From Candidatus Omnitrophota bacterium (GTDB lineage Bacteria > Omnitrophota > Gorgyraeia > Pluralincolimonadales > Pluralincolimonadaceae), in assembly GCA_028716565.1 (NCBI GenBank), contig JAQUPL010000001.1, positions 83,545-147,544 on the forward strand: 64,000 nt of DNA. Reading direction: 5' to 3'. The translations under genes were made by a program, and so were the position numbers. Every line of letters starts with the position of its first letter. Within the stretch, counting starts at the first letter, position 1. Below the pieces are notes generated by a model. It was not told the origin of the DNA, searched no databases, and worked only from the letters and a program-made list of their open reading frames with translations. Shown here piece after piece: positions 1 to 8,456 of the stretch.

Positions 1-17
1 TTTTTCAGGAAGAAGAC

Positions 18-179
18 ATGAACGATTGGTTATCGAAAAATTTCTGGCTTAAACTGGTTGCCCTAATATTGGCGATCATAGTCTGGTCTTACGCCCGCCA
101 GGAATTGAAGAATACCCCGGGCTATAAGGCCGAGAAGGTAGCGCACAACGAAACCCCCACAGTGATCCCGCAGAAATAA
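18..179 (+). CDS. hypothetical small membrane protein (53 aa, one TM helix)
   Basis: ATG at 18 and TAA at 177-179. Translation MNDWLSKNFWLKLVALILAIIVWSYARQELK... has a single hydrophobic helix and no recognised family; below the ORF-track size cutoff. Confidence 0.25.
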   Translation: MNDWLSKNFWLKLVALILAIIVWSYARQELKNTPGYKAEKVAHNETPTVIPQK

Positions 180-191
180 TCATCCAAGAAT

Positions 192-917
192 ATGTCTAAA
201 TTAGGCGTTAACATTGACCACGTCGCTACTTTAAGGCAGGCAAGAGGAGGCATCGAGCCCGATCCTGTCCTGGCCGCGCGCGTATGCGAGGCCGCCGGCT
301 GCGATTCCATCGTCGCGCATTTAAGGGAAGACAGGCGGCATATGCAGGACAGTGACCTCTATATATTGAGGAAGACGGTGAGGACATGGCTCAATATGGA
401 GATGTCTATCGCGAGCGGGATCGTAAAAGCCGCGTTGGACCTGATGCCGGACCAGGCGACTCTCGTCCCTGAAAGGCGGCTGGAGGTCACGACCGAAGGC
501 GGGCTTGATTGCGTAAAACACGCCAGGCGCGTCGCTTCCGCAGTAGATAAACTTCAAAGCCGCGGGATAGCGGTGAGCCTGTTTATCGATCCCGTATATA
601 AGCAGATAAAAGCGGCGCATGGTACGGGTTGTGCATTTATCGAGCTCCATACCGGCGAATATTCGAACGCGAAAGACGCGCGCGGACGTAAAGAGCAATT
701 AAAGAAACTTCTTGAGGCGACAAAATACGCGAAAGATATCGGGCTCAGGGTTAACGCGGGACACGGGCTCGATTACAATAACGTCCGCGATGTCGCGCGC
801 ATAAAAGGGATAGAGGAGCTTAATATCGGCCACTCGGTAATCTCGCGTGCCGTCTTCACCGGGCTCGATAAGGCAGTAAAGGAGATGATTGCGCTTATAG
901 CGCAATCATCGCGCTGA
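192..917 (+). CDS. pdxJ: pyridoxine 5'-phosphate synthase
   Basis: 241 aa. N-terminus LGVNIDHVATLRQARGG and overall length match PdxJ. Confidence 0.9.
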   Translation: MSKLGVNIDHVATLRQARGGIEPDPVLAARVCEAAGCDSIVAHLREDRRHMQDSDLYILRKTVRTWLNMEMSIASGIVKAALDLMPDQATLVPERRLEVTTEGGLDCVKHARRVASAVDKLQSRGIAVSLFIDPVYKQIKAAHGTGCAFIELHTGEYSNAKDARGRKEQLKKLLEATKYAKDIGLRVNAGHGLDYNNVRDVARIKGIEELNIGHSVISRAVFTGLDKAVKEMIALIAQSSR

Positions 918-921
918 TAAG

Positions 922-1299
922 ATGATAGAAGGGTTCGGGGTAGACATAGTCGAAGTCAAGAGGATAAAAGCCGCCGCCAAAAAATTCGGGGCCCGGTTCC
1001 TCGACAAGATATTTACTAAGCGTGAGCTTGCCTACTGCAGGAGAAGAGTCTCACCCGAGCAGCATCTTGCGGCACGGTTCGCCGCGAAAGAGGCCGTATA
1101 CAAGGCCTTCGGAGGCGACGGGAATAACCCCATCGCCTGGACAGACGTGGAAATAATAAACGATAAGCACGGAAAACCCCTGATAGTCCTCAAAGGCACC
1201 GCAAAAAGGCTAATGACAAAGCGCGGGGTCAAGAAGGCCGTCGTCAGCCTTTCGCATACCAAAAATTACGCGGTCGGCAACTGCATATTATTAAAATGA
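922..1299 (+). CDS. acpS: holo-[acyl-carrier-protein] synthase
   Basis: 125 aa. GVDIVEVKRI N-terminus and size are typical of AcpS. Sits 5 nt after pdxJ. Confidence 0.85.
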   Translation: MIEGFGVDIVEVKRIKAAAKKFGARFLDKIFTKRELAYCRRRVSPEQHLAARFAAKEAVYKAFGGDGNNPIAWTDVEIINDKHGKPLIVLKGTAKRLMTKRGVKKAVVSLSHTKNYAVGNCILLK

Positions 1300-2144
1300 T
1301 GAAGATCCCGAAAAGAAAAGCCGATTCAAACAAAGGCGACTATGGCCACGTCTTTGTCCTGGCCGGCTCGCCCGGATTTACAGGCGCGGCCGCCCTCTGC
1401 TCCCGGGCGGCGCTGCTTTCCGGAAGCGGGCTTGTGACGCTGGGGATAGCGAAAAGCCTCAATCCTATCATGGCAAGGAAGCTCACCGAGGTAATGACTA
1501 AGCCCCTGCCGGAGACACGCGGCGGTACATTAAGCGAAAAGGCCTATGCGGGGATCATGAAATTTGCCGATAAGGCCGATTGCCTGGCTATAGGCCCAGG
1601 TTTGTCGCGTAACCCGGGCGCGCAGCGGCTTGTAAGGAAGGTTATCATCGCCTTAAAAGGACCGGTAGTCCTCGATGCGGACGGTTTAAACGCGCTTGAG
1701 GGCAGGGTGGAGCTGCTCAAGCGCGCCAAAGCGCCTGTTGTTGTCACGCCCCATCCCGGTGAGATGTCGAGGCTGGCCGGTTTGACCGTGAAAACGGTCT
1801 CGGCGGCCAAAGAAAAAGTTGCAAAAGAGTTCGCGAATAAGTATAATGTGGTCTGCGTTTTGAAGGGCCACCGAACGGTCGTGGCCGCTCCGGGCGGAAG
1901 GAGATATGTCAATTTCACGGGAAATCCCGGCATGGCCAAGGGCGGTACAGGCGATGTACTTACCGGTATGATCGCATCGTTCATCGGGCAGGGCATAAGG
2001 CCTTTTGACGCGGCGAAGCTCGGCGTATACCTGCACGGGCTCGCGGGAGACCTGGCGGCAAAAGATAAAGGCGAGGTCAGCATGCTCGCCTCGGATTTGT
2101 TGAATAAGATACCGGAGGCAGTTAAGAAGCTAGCTTCCTCTTAG
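1296..2144 (+). CDS. nnrD: ADP-dependent NAD(P)H-hydrate dehydratase (YjeF C-terminal domain)
   Basis: 282 aa. GDYGHVFVLAGSPGFTGAAALCSRAALLSGSGLVTLG and a GGTGDVLTG motif. Overlaps acpS stop by 4 nt. Confidence 0.8.
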   Translation: MMKIPKRKADSNKGDYGHVFVLAGSPGFTGAAALCSRAALLSGSGLVTLGIAKSLNPIMARKLTEVMTKPLPETRGGTLSEKAYAGIMKFADKADCLAIGPGLSRNPGAQRLVRKVIIALKGPVVLDADGLNALEGRVELLKRAKAPVVVTPHPGEMSRLAGLTVKTVSAAKEKVAKEFANKYNVVCVLKGHRTVVAAPGGRRYVNFTGNPGMAKGGTGDVLTGMIASFIGQGIRPFDAAKLGVYLHGLAGDLAAKDKGEVSMLASDLLNKIPEAVKKLASS

Positions 2145-2186
2145 GAAGAGGGGTCTGTAAGGGGAGAAACTACGTTTCTCCCCTTA
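2137..2186 (+). repeat. double-hairpin element, copy 1 (CCTCTT-AGG-AAGAGG hairpin plus AAGGGGAGAAA-CTACG-TTTCTCCCCTT hairpin)
   Basis: Two perfect stem-loops read directly from the sequence; near-identical copy at 2598..2648. Lies between nnrD stop and tRNA-Thr. Confidence 0.55.
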
Positions 2187-2282
2187 CAACGAACTCGGCG
2201 GCAGACCCTAAACCAAAACAGTTTAATTCAGGCTAACGGTTGAACTGACCGAGATGATTGCCGAACAATTTCCGAGTTCGTT

Positions 2283-2358
2283 GCTGGCGTAGCTCAGTTG
2301 GTAGAGCGGCGGTTTTGTAAACCGCGGGTCGGGGGTTCAAATCCCTTCGCCAGCTCCA
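2283..2358 (+). tRNA. thrU: tRNA-Thr (anticodon UGU)
   Basis: Manual cloverleaf: acceptor GCTGGCG/CGCCAGC, D-arm GCTC..GAGC, anticodon stem GCGGT/ACCGC with loop TTTGTAA (UGU), T-loop TTCAAAT, encoded CCA. Confidence 0.9.
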
Positions 2359-2492
2359 TTGATAATAATGCTCGAAGAGCAAAAGGGGTTGCAGGGGAGA
2401 TCGTCCCCTGCGTCTCTAGGAAAGGGGAACAAGGGAAAACCTGGGTTTTCCCTTGGGAGTGAACCCCGCATTTAGATTTATTGGTGAACGAC

Positions 2493-2577
2493 GGGCAGAT
2501 TCCCGAGCGGTCAAAGGGGTCAGACTGTAAATCTGATGGCTATGCCTTCGGAGGTTCAAGTCCTCCTCTGCCCACCA
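2493..2577 (+). tRNA. tyrU: tRNA-Tyr (anticodon GUA), type II with long variable arm
   Basis: Acceptor GGGCAGA/TCTGCCC, anticodon stem TCAGA/TCTGA with loop CTGTAAA (GUA), long variable arm, T-arm GGAGG-TTCAAGT-CCTCC, CCA end. 85 nt. Confidence 0.85.
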
Positions 2578-2597
2578 TTTTGCTGTAAACGTTTTTT

Positions 2598-2648
2598 CCT
2601 CTTAGGAAGAGGGGAATAGTAAGGGGAGAAACTACTTTTCTCCCCTTA
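2598..2648 (+). repeat. double-hairpin element, copy 2
   Basis: Same two hairpins as 2137..2186 (second loop CTACT instead of CTACG). Lies between tRNA-Tyr and tRNA-Gly. Confidence 0.55.
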
Positions 2649-2706
2649 CAACGATTTCGGCGATTGCCGTACGCCGAAACGATTGCAAGCAGTGTCCGAA
2701 ATCGTT

Positions 2707-2780
2707 GCGGGCGTAGTTCAATGGTAGAACGGCAGCCTTCCAAGCTGTTCACGGGAGTTCGATTCTCCTCGCCCGCTCCA
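2707..2780 (+). tRNA. glyT: tRNA-Gly (anticodon UCC)
   Basis: Acceptor GCGGGCG/CGCCCGC, anticodon loop CTTCCAA (UCC), T-loop TTCGATT, CCA end. 74 nt. Confidence 0.9.
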
Positions 2781-2833
2781 TGATCCCGCATATAGACGTA
2801 GCTAATCATAAAATATACCAAGGAGGCCATAAG

Positions 2834-3106
2834 ATGGACCCAAGGATATTTTTTACGATATTTACGACGGTGTTGCTCGCAGAGCTCGGTGATAAGACGC
2901 AGCTTGCGACGTTACTCTTTTCGACAAACGGGCAAAATTCAAGATTATTGGTGTTTTTGGCTTCGGCATCCGCCCTTGTATTAGCGTCCGGGATCGCCGT
3001 ATTGGTGGGGAATACCTTGGGGAAGTACGTGGAGCCGAAGCATCTCTCCTGGATCGCCGGTATCGGGTTTGTGATAATCGGCATCTGGACGATCGCCAAG
3101 GCGTAA
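2834..3106 (+). CDS. UPF0016 (GDT1/TMEM165) family single-repeat membrane protein, putative cation transporter half-unit
   Basis: E-L-G-D-K-T-Q signature in TM1 (LLAELGDKTQLATLLF). AGGAGG RBS 8 nt before the ATG at 2834. The 2780 start in the ORF track overlaps tRNA-Gly and is rejected. Confidence 0.7.
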   Translation: MDPRIFFTIFTTVLLAELGDKTQLATLLFSTNGQNSRLLVFLASASALVLASGIAVLVGNTLGKYVEPKHLSWIAGIGFVIIGIWTIAKA

Positions 3107-3175
3107 CCTGCGAAACGGATTTTCCGGGAACTTTTTATCGCCTTCCTTGTCTAATTGGGTAAAAGGAGGTTCCAA

Positions 3176-4573
3176 ATGAAAAAGTTTGCTTTAGCCGTAC
3201 TTTCGCTGTTGTTCGCTTCCTCAGTCTTTGCCCAGGAATCCGTAGAAGTCACCATCTATAACCAGAACTTCGCGTTGGTCAAGGACCAGCGCTATTTCGA
3301 CCTCGATAAAGGCATAAACAGGATAGAGTTCAAAGATGTGGCCGCGCTCATAGAGCCCACGTCAGTGCATTTTACCTCGCTCTCGGCCCCGGCCTCATGC
3401 GGCATTCTCGAACAGAATTACGAATACGACCTGGTCAACGCCGGCAAGCTCCTCTTTAAATACATAGACAAGCCGATTAAGGTCGTGACAAAAGAAGGGG
3501 ATGTCTACGAAGGCACGCTGTTAAGCTACGATGACAGCCAGCTGGTCATCCAGACGAAAGACGGCCTTGCTATGGTCGCGCGCCCGGATAACATCAAACA
3601 GATCTCTTTCGATAAACTTCCCGAAGGCCTTATCACGAAGCCGACGCTCATATGGCTGATCGACAGCGACAAGAAGATGAAGCACCTCACCGAGGTATCT
3701 TATCTTACCAACGGCGTCAACTGGAACTGCGAATACGTTACGGTCCTCGACAAGGACGACAAGAGCCTGGACCTCGACGGTTGGGTCAGCATTACTAATA
3801 ATTGCGGTACTACATATAAAGATGCGAAGATAAAATTGATAGCCGGTGAAATAAAACGCGCATACGCGACAGGCGGCCTCCGCGCCGACAAGATGATGCT
3901 GATGGAAGCTAAGGCGTCAAGGGTCCCGCAGTTCGAGGAGAAATCGTTCTTTGAATATCATATGTATACCTTGCAACGCCCCGCCACGATAAAGAACAAT
4001 CAGAACAAGCAGATATCGTTGATAAATTCGTCCGGCGTTTCGGTAAAGAAAGAGCTGATATTCGACCCTTCGAAGGGGAACAACAGCTGGTGGTATTATT
4101 CGGACAGGGATGAGACGCTGAAGGAGAATACCAGGGTAGAGCTGGAAGTGGTCAACAGCAAAGCCAACAACCTCGGCATGCCGCTTCCACAGGGCAAGGT
4201 AAAGGTCTACAAGAAAGATACCGACGGATCCCTGCAGTTCATCGGTGAAGACGCCATAGAGCACACACCGAAGGACGAGAAGATACGCCTATATATAGGG
4301 AATGCATTCGATGTAGTGGGCGAAAGGACCCGCAAGGATTTCAAGACCGAGTACCGCACCGCCCGAGAATCCTTCGAAATAGTCCTTCGCAACCACAAGG
4401 AACAGGACGTGGAAGTAAGGGTGGTGGAGAAGCTGTGGAGATACACAGGCTGGGAGATAACCGCTACGTCCATGAATTTCGAGAAGAAAGATGCTTCTAC
4501 TATAGAATACGTGGTCAAGGTCCCGAAGAACGGGCAAGCCAGGGTCACCTACACGGCAAAGTATACCTGGTAA
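3176..4573 (+). CDS. secreted DUF4140/DUF4139-like (MuiA-family-like) protein
   Basis: Signal peptide MKKFALAVLSLLFASSVFAQE. N-terminal segment VEVTIYNQNFALVKDQRYFDLDKGINRIEFKDVAALIEPTSVHFTS resembles DUF4140. About 465 aa. AAAGGAGG RBS before the ATG at 3176; the TTG at 3155 is rejected. Confidence 0.55.
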   Translation: MKKFALAVLSLLFASSVFAQESVEVTIYNQNFALVKDQRYFDLDKGINRIEFKDVAALIEPTSVHFTSLSAPASCGILEQNYEYDLVNAGKLLFKYIDKPIKVVTKEGDVYEGTLLSYDDSQLVIQTKDGLAMVARPDNIKQISFDKLPEGLITKPTLIWLIDSDKKMKHLTEVSYLTNGVNWNCEYVTVLDKDDKSLDLDGWVSITNNCGTTYKDAKIKLIAGEIKRAYATGGLRADKMMLMEAKASRVPQFEEKSFFEYHMYTLQRPATIKNNQNKQISLINSSGVSVKKELIFDPSKGNNSWWYYSDRDETLKENTRVELEVVNSKANNLGMPLPQGKVKVYKKDTDGSLQFIGEDAIEHTPKDEKIRLYIGNAFDVVGERTRKDFKTEYRTARESFEIVLRNHKEQDVEVRVVEKLWRYTGWEITATSMNFEKKDASTIEYVVKVPKNGQARVTYTAKYTW

Positions 4574-4581
4574 AAAGGAGA

Positions 4582-6633
4582 ATGAAAATGAGGCGTTTAT
4601 TTGCGGCGGCGTTATGTGTAGCGTTATTGGTATCGGCGGCAGCGGCGTTCGCCGGGGCAAAGGATAAATACGGCGGCAAGATAAGCACCAGAAATATACA
4701 ATTACAGAATCAAGCCGTCTGGGCCAACAAGGAAACGGACGAGATCTCAGCCGGCGAGGATATGAAGAAATATAAGTCTGCAGAGACAGGCCATATACCC
4801 CAATCCGCCACATACGCCGTCTATTCGACAAAATATAACGCCTCCCTTGAAGAGGATATCGCCGATGTAAAAGGCGAGATAAACTTTGAGGTCTTCGGAA
4901 AAGGGATGGTAAAGATCCCTATAGTAAGGAAGGATGGCGTCGGCCTTATAGAAGTGAGTGTAAACCGCGGGGCGTCGTATGTGATGGCCGAAGGTAATAA
5001 ATATATGCTTATCGTGGATAAGCCCGGAAAATACAGGCTAGAGCTCGAATACCTTATTAAGGTCAACAGGGAACGCGAAGGGGGCCCGGGCCAGTTCAAT
5101 GTCGAGATGATGCCCGCCCCCGTATCAGAGTTCGAATTCACGATAGCGGAGACGCGGACCGACGTGTTCATCGAACCTTCGATAAAGACCGAGACAAAGG
5201 AAGAGAAGGACAAGACCGTCGCGTGGGCGATAATGCCGATGACGAATAATATCCTCGTGCGCTGGACAAAGGCCCTGCCTAAAGAAACGATAGCGCGCGT
5301 GAAATTGGAGCCCAAGGTCTATTCTACGGTAAATAATTTCTTCTCGGTCGGTGAAGGTGTGCTTCGTTGCAATACGGTAATAGGTTATTCCATCCTCCAG
5401 GCGGAGATATCGGCTATGCGCGTCGAGATACCCGAGGACGTGACCGTCCTGGAAGTAAGGGCAGGCGACCTGCGTGACTGGAAGGTTGTAAAGGAAGCGG
5501 GACGCCAGCTCCTCGATGTCTACCTGAAGTATGGGGTTAAAGGAAATTTTAACATGGAATTCATCAGTGAAAAGCCGATAGGGGACGGTTCGATAGTGGC
5601 GCAGCTGCCGGTGATACGGCCGCTCGGAGTCGAGAGGAACAACGGTTTCATAGGCATCGCGTCTATGAGCAACGTCGAGCTCAAGGTGAATAAGCTCCAG
5701 AAGGCGTCCGCCATAGACGTAAAAGAACTTCCGCCGTCAATCTGGGACAGGAGCTCCAACCCGATACTTCTCGCGTTCAAATACTTGAATGATGATTACG
5801 ACATCCAGGTCGAGGTCACGAAGCATGAAGAGATCCCCGTGCTAGTCGCCGCAATAGACCAGGCCAATTACGTGACGCTGATCACGGATGAAGGCAAGAG
5901 CCTTACAAAGGCCGTCTTCCAGCTGCGCAATAACGTAAAACAATTCCTTAAGCTCACATTGCCCGCTGACGCTACGCTTTGGAGCGCTTCCGTGTCCGGC
6001 GTTCCCGTTAAGCCGGCGAAGGATAAAGAAGGCCATGTGCTCATCCCGCTGGAGAAATCTAAATTGAGGGGCGAGGGACTTTCGCAGATACCCGTCGAGA
6101 TAGTATATCTCGAGAAAGGCGCCAAATTGGGATTCATCGGAAAGTTATCGCTCGATCTCCCCAAGGCGGATATCCCGACGAACGTCGCCTATTGGTCGGT
6201 ATTTCTCCCGAAGGACCTTAATTATTTCGGATTCGGAGGAGACATAAAGAAGGCGGAGGAGGATATCGAGCTGTTTTCGTTAAGTTCGACGGTGGGAGAA
6301 GGGAGAGGAGCCCGTAATATTAAAGTTTCGGGCTCGGTAGAAGAGAAGGCTGAATATATGAATTCATTCGATAGGGCGCAACAGCAGGTGAGAGTAGAGA
6401 GAGAGGTGCTCGATAAGGCGAGCCAGAGAGGCGTGTTCCCGATAAAGATAGATGTGCCCCAGGTCGGCAAGGCATTCCGTTTCTCGAAACTCCTTTTGGC
6501 CGAGGACGAGGGAGCCCATCTGTCCGTAGGATATAACGCCATATTTAAAGGCCGGCTGGGCTCTGTCGTAACGGTAATTATCATAGCCATAGCGGTGATT
6601 TCGGCAGTAGTGTTATTAAAAAAGAGAAAATAA
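4582..6633 (+). CDS. large secreted protein with C-terminal TM anchor (683 aa), unknown function
   Basis: Signal peptide MKMRRLFAAALCVALLVSAAAAFA. C-terminal VVTVIIIAIAVISAVVLLKKRK anchor. AAGGAG RBS. Begins 8 nt after the previous gene, suggesting translational coupling. No family recognised. Confidence 0.6.
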   Translation: MKMRRLFAAALCVALLVSAAAAFAGAKDKYGGKISTRNIQLQNQAVWANKETDEISAGEDMKKYKSAETGHIPQSATYAVYSTKYNASLEEDIADVKGEINFEVFGKGMVKIPIVRKDGVGLIEVSVNRGASYVMAEGNKYMLIVDKPGKYRLELEYLIKVNREREGGPGQFNVEMMPAPVSEFEFTIAETRTDVFIEPSIKTETKEEKDKTVAWAIMPMTNNILVRWTKALPKETIARVKLEPKVYSTVNNFFSVGEGVLRCNTVIGYSILQAEISAMRVEIPEDVTVLEVRAGDLRDWKVVKEAGRQLLDVYLKYGVKGNFNMEFISEKPIGDGSIVAQLPVIRPLGVERNNGFIGIASMSNVELKVNKLQKASAIDVKELPPSIWDRSSNPILLAFKYLNDDYDIQVEVTKHEEIPVLVAAIDQANYVTLITDEGKSLTKAVFQLRNNVKQFLKLTLPADATLWSASVSGVPVKPAKDKEGHVLIPLEKSKLRGEGLSQIPVEIVYLEKGAKLGFIGKLSLDLPKADIPTNVAYWSVFLPKDLNYFGFGGDIKKAEEDIELFSLSSTVGEGRGARNIKVSGSVEEKAEYMNSFDRAQQQVRVEREVLDKASQRGVFPIKIDVPQVGKAFRFSKLLLAEDEGAHLSVGYNAIFKGRLGSVVTVIIIAIAVISAVVLLKKRK

Positions 6634-6653
6634 AAAATAGCGTAAAAAAATTC

Positions 6654-6681
6654 TTGACAAAAAAATAAATCCTGCTATACT
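6654..6681 (+). promoter_or_regulatory. sigma70-type promoter (TTGACA, 16 nt spacer, TATACT) for the tRNA-Thr/tuf super-operon
   Basis: Consensus -35 TTGACA at 6654-6659 and -10 TATACT at 6676-6681, within an AT-rich region upstream of tRNA-Thr(GGU). Confidence 0.5.
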
Positions 6682-6715
6682 TTAGCCCTACGTCTAAAAG
6701 CGTATAGTTCAACAA

Positions 6716-6775
6716 AAAATCCACATGTTTTTACGGTAAAAGCGATAAATTACCGGGGGGTGGATTTTTTGCGTT
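6716..6775 (+). promoter_or_regulatory. leader hairpin with T-tract (attenuator- or terminator-like) between promoter and tRNA-Thr(GGU)
   Basis: AAAAATCCAC ... GTGGATTTTTT, a 10-bp stem with a nested CGGTAA/TTACCG hairpin, followed by GCGTTTTTTGCTTTT. Confidence 0.35.
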
Positions 6776-6835
6776 TTTTGCTTTTATGCTTGAAAACTCA
6801 AAAGAACGACCCGAAGTGCACGCCGGAAGGCTTGC

Positions 6836-6911
6836 GCTGCTGTAGCTCAGTTGGTAGAGCACGTCCTTGGTAAGGACGGGGTCATCGGTTCGATCCCGAT
6901 CAGCAGCTCCA
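6836..6911 (+). tRNA. thrT: tRNA-Thr (anticodon GGU)
   Basis: Acceptor GCTGCTG/CAGCAGC, anticodon stem CGTCC/GGACG with loop TTGGTAA (GGU), T-loop TTCGATC, CCA. Immediately upstream of tuf, as in the thrT-tufB arrangement. Confidence 0.9.
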
Positions 6912-6959
6912 GTGAAAAAGATTGCTTAGGTATGCGAGGAACCTAAAAGGAGGAATCCA

Positions 6960-8162
6960 ATGGCAAAGGAAAAATTTTTACGCAATAAGACCCACGTAAA
7001 CGTAGGTACCATAGGCCATGTCGACCACGGCAAGACGACATTGACCGCCGCCATTACCCTGTGCTTGAACAAGAAGGGTATGGCAGAAGTCCGCGCCTAT
7101 GACTCTATCGATAACGCCCCTGAAGAGAAAGAGCGCGGCATCACGATAAACATCGCCCACGTAGAGTACCAGTCCGACAAGCGCCATTACGCCCACGTCG
7201 ACTGCCCGGGCCATGCCGACTACATAAAGAACATGATCACCGGCGCCGCCCAGATGGACGGAGCTATCCTTGTCGTATCGGCCCCAGACGGCCCGATGCC
7301 CCAGACAAGAGAACATATACTCCTGGCCCGCCAGGTAGGCGTCCCCTATATAGCGGTATTCATGAACAAATGCGACGTAGTCGACGATAAAGAGCTCCTG
7401 GACTTAGTCGAGCTCGAAGTAAGAGAACTCCTCACCAAATATGAATTCCCCGGGGATAAGACCCCGATAGTCCGCGGCTCGGCCCTAAACGCCATGAACT
7501 GCGCCTGCGGCAAAGACGACTGCCCCAACTGCAAACCCATCTTTGAATTAGTCAAAGCATTAGACACCTACATCCCCGACCCCAAACGCGAGACCGATAA
7601 ACCCTTCCTGATGGCCATCGAAGACGTATTCTCCATCACAGGTAGGGGTACCGTCGGCACAGGCCGTATTGAGCGCGGTGTCGTCAAGGTAAACGACGAG
7701 GTCGAGATCGTAGGTATGCGCAAGGATACGCGTAAGACAGTAGTAACCGGCATCGAGATGTTCAGAAAACTCCTCGATGAGGGCATGGCAGGAGATAACG
7801 CGGGAGTCCTCTTAAGGGGCATCGAAAAGAAAGACCTGGAGCGCGGCCAGGTATTGGCCAAGCCGGGTTCTATCACCCCGCACACCAAGTTCAAAGCCCA
7901 GGTCTACATCCTGACCAAGGAAGAGGGCGGCAGGCACACGCCGTTCTTTACCGGATACAGGCCCCAGTTCTACTTTAGGACCACAGATGTCACCGGCGTC
8001 TCCACGCTTCCAAAGGGCGTCGAGATGGTCATGCCCGGAGACAACGTATCATTCGAAGTCGAACTCATAATCCCCGTAGCCTTAGAGAAGGGCTTGCGCT
8101 TCGCCATACGCGAAGGCGGCCACACCGTAGGCGCGGGCGCGGTATCAGAGGTTATAGCGTAA
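6960..8162 (+). CDS. tuf: elongation factor Tu (copy 1)
   Basis: 400 aa, [27 protein letters not shown] motifs. Nucleotide-identical to 22077..23279. Confidence 0.97.
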   Translation: MAKEKFLRNKTHVNVGTIGHVDHGKTTLTAAITLCLNKKGMAEVRAYDSIDNAPEEKERGITINIAHVEYQSDKRHYAHVDCPGHADYIKNMITGAAQMDGAILVVSAPDGPMPQTREHILLARQVGVPYIAVFMNKCDVVDDKELLDLVELEVRELLTKYEFPGDKTPIVRGSALNAMNCACGKDDCPNCKPIFELVKALDTYIPDPKRETDKPFLMAIEDVFSITGRGTVGTGRIERGVVKVNDEVEIVGMRKDTRKTVVTGIEMFRKLLDEGMAGDNAGVLLRGIEKKDLERGQVLAKPGSITPHTKFKAQVYILTKEEGGRHTPFFTGYRPQFYFRTTDVTGVSTLPKGVEMVMPGDNVSFEVELIIPVALEKGLRFAIREGGHTVGAGAVSEVIA

Positions 8163-8166
8163 TCTT

Positions 8167-8316
8167 ATGCAAGAGCAAGTGATTTTTGAGTGCACGACCT
8201 GTAAGAACCATAATTATTCTTCGTCGAAGAATAAGAAGAACGTTACTGAGCGATTAGAGCTTAAGAAATACTGCAGGTTCTGTAAGAAGCATACTGTCCA
8301 CAAGGAAAAGAAATAG
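8167..8316 (+). CDS. rpmG: 50S ribosomal protein L33 (zinc-binding C+ form)
   Basis: 49 aa, [49 protein letters not shown] with a CxxC...CxxC motif. Missed by the ORF track (under 60 aa). Confidence 0.85.
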   Translation: MQEQVIFECTTCKNHNYSSSKNKKNVTERLELKKYCRFCKKHTVHKEKK

Positions 8317-8325
8317 CAAGACCAA

Positions 8326-8358
8326 ACCGCCTTCGGAAATTGAGTCCGCGAAGGCGGA
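8326..8358 (+). terminator. hairpin CCGCCTTCG-(15 nt)-CGAAGGCGG after rpmG (processing or partial terminator)
   Basis: 9-bp perfect stem followed by ATTTAATTTT; located just before tRNA-Trp. Confidence 0.3.
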
Positions 8359-8367
8359 TTTAATTTT

Positions 8368-8444
8368 AGGCCAGTAGCTCTAATTGGTAGAGCAGCGGAC
8401 TCCAAATCCGCCTGTTGGGGGTTCGAGTCCCTCCTGGCCTGCCA
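8368..8444 (+). tRNA. trpT: tRNA-Trp (anticodon CCA)
   Basis: Acceptor AGGCCAG/CTGGCCT, anticodon loop CTCCAAA (CCA), T-loop TTCGAGT, CCA end. Embedded between rpmG and secE. Confidence 0.9.
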
Positions 8445-8456
8445 GAAAAAAATGCG

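Noticed and set aside
3155-3175. Upstream TTG/ATG extensions offered by the ORF track (3155, 4435, 2780, 9611, 19946, 29097, 44295, 48001, 48909, 53069, 62772)
   Set aside because: In each case a downstream in-frame start carries an RBS and matches the conserved N-terminus or signal peptide. The extensions overlap upstream genes, tRNAs or the IR arm.
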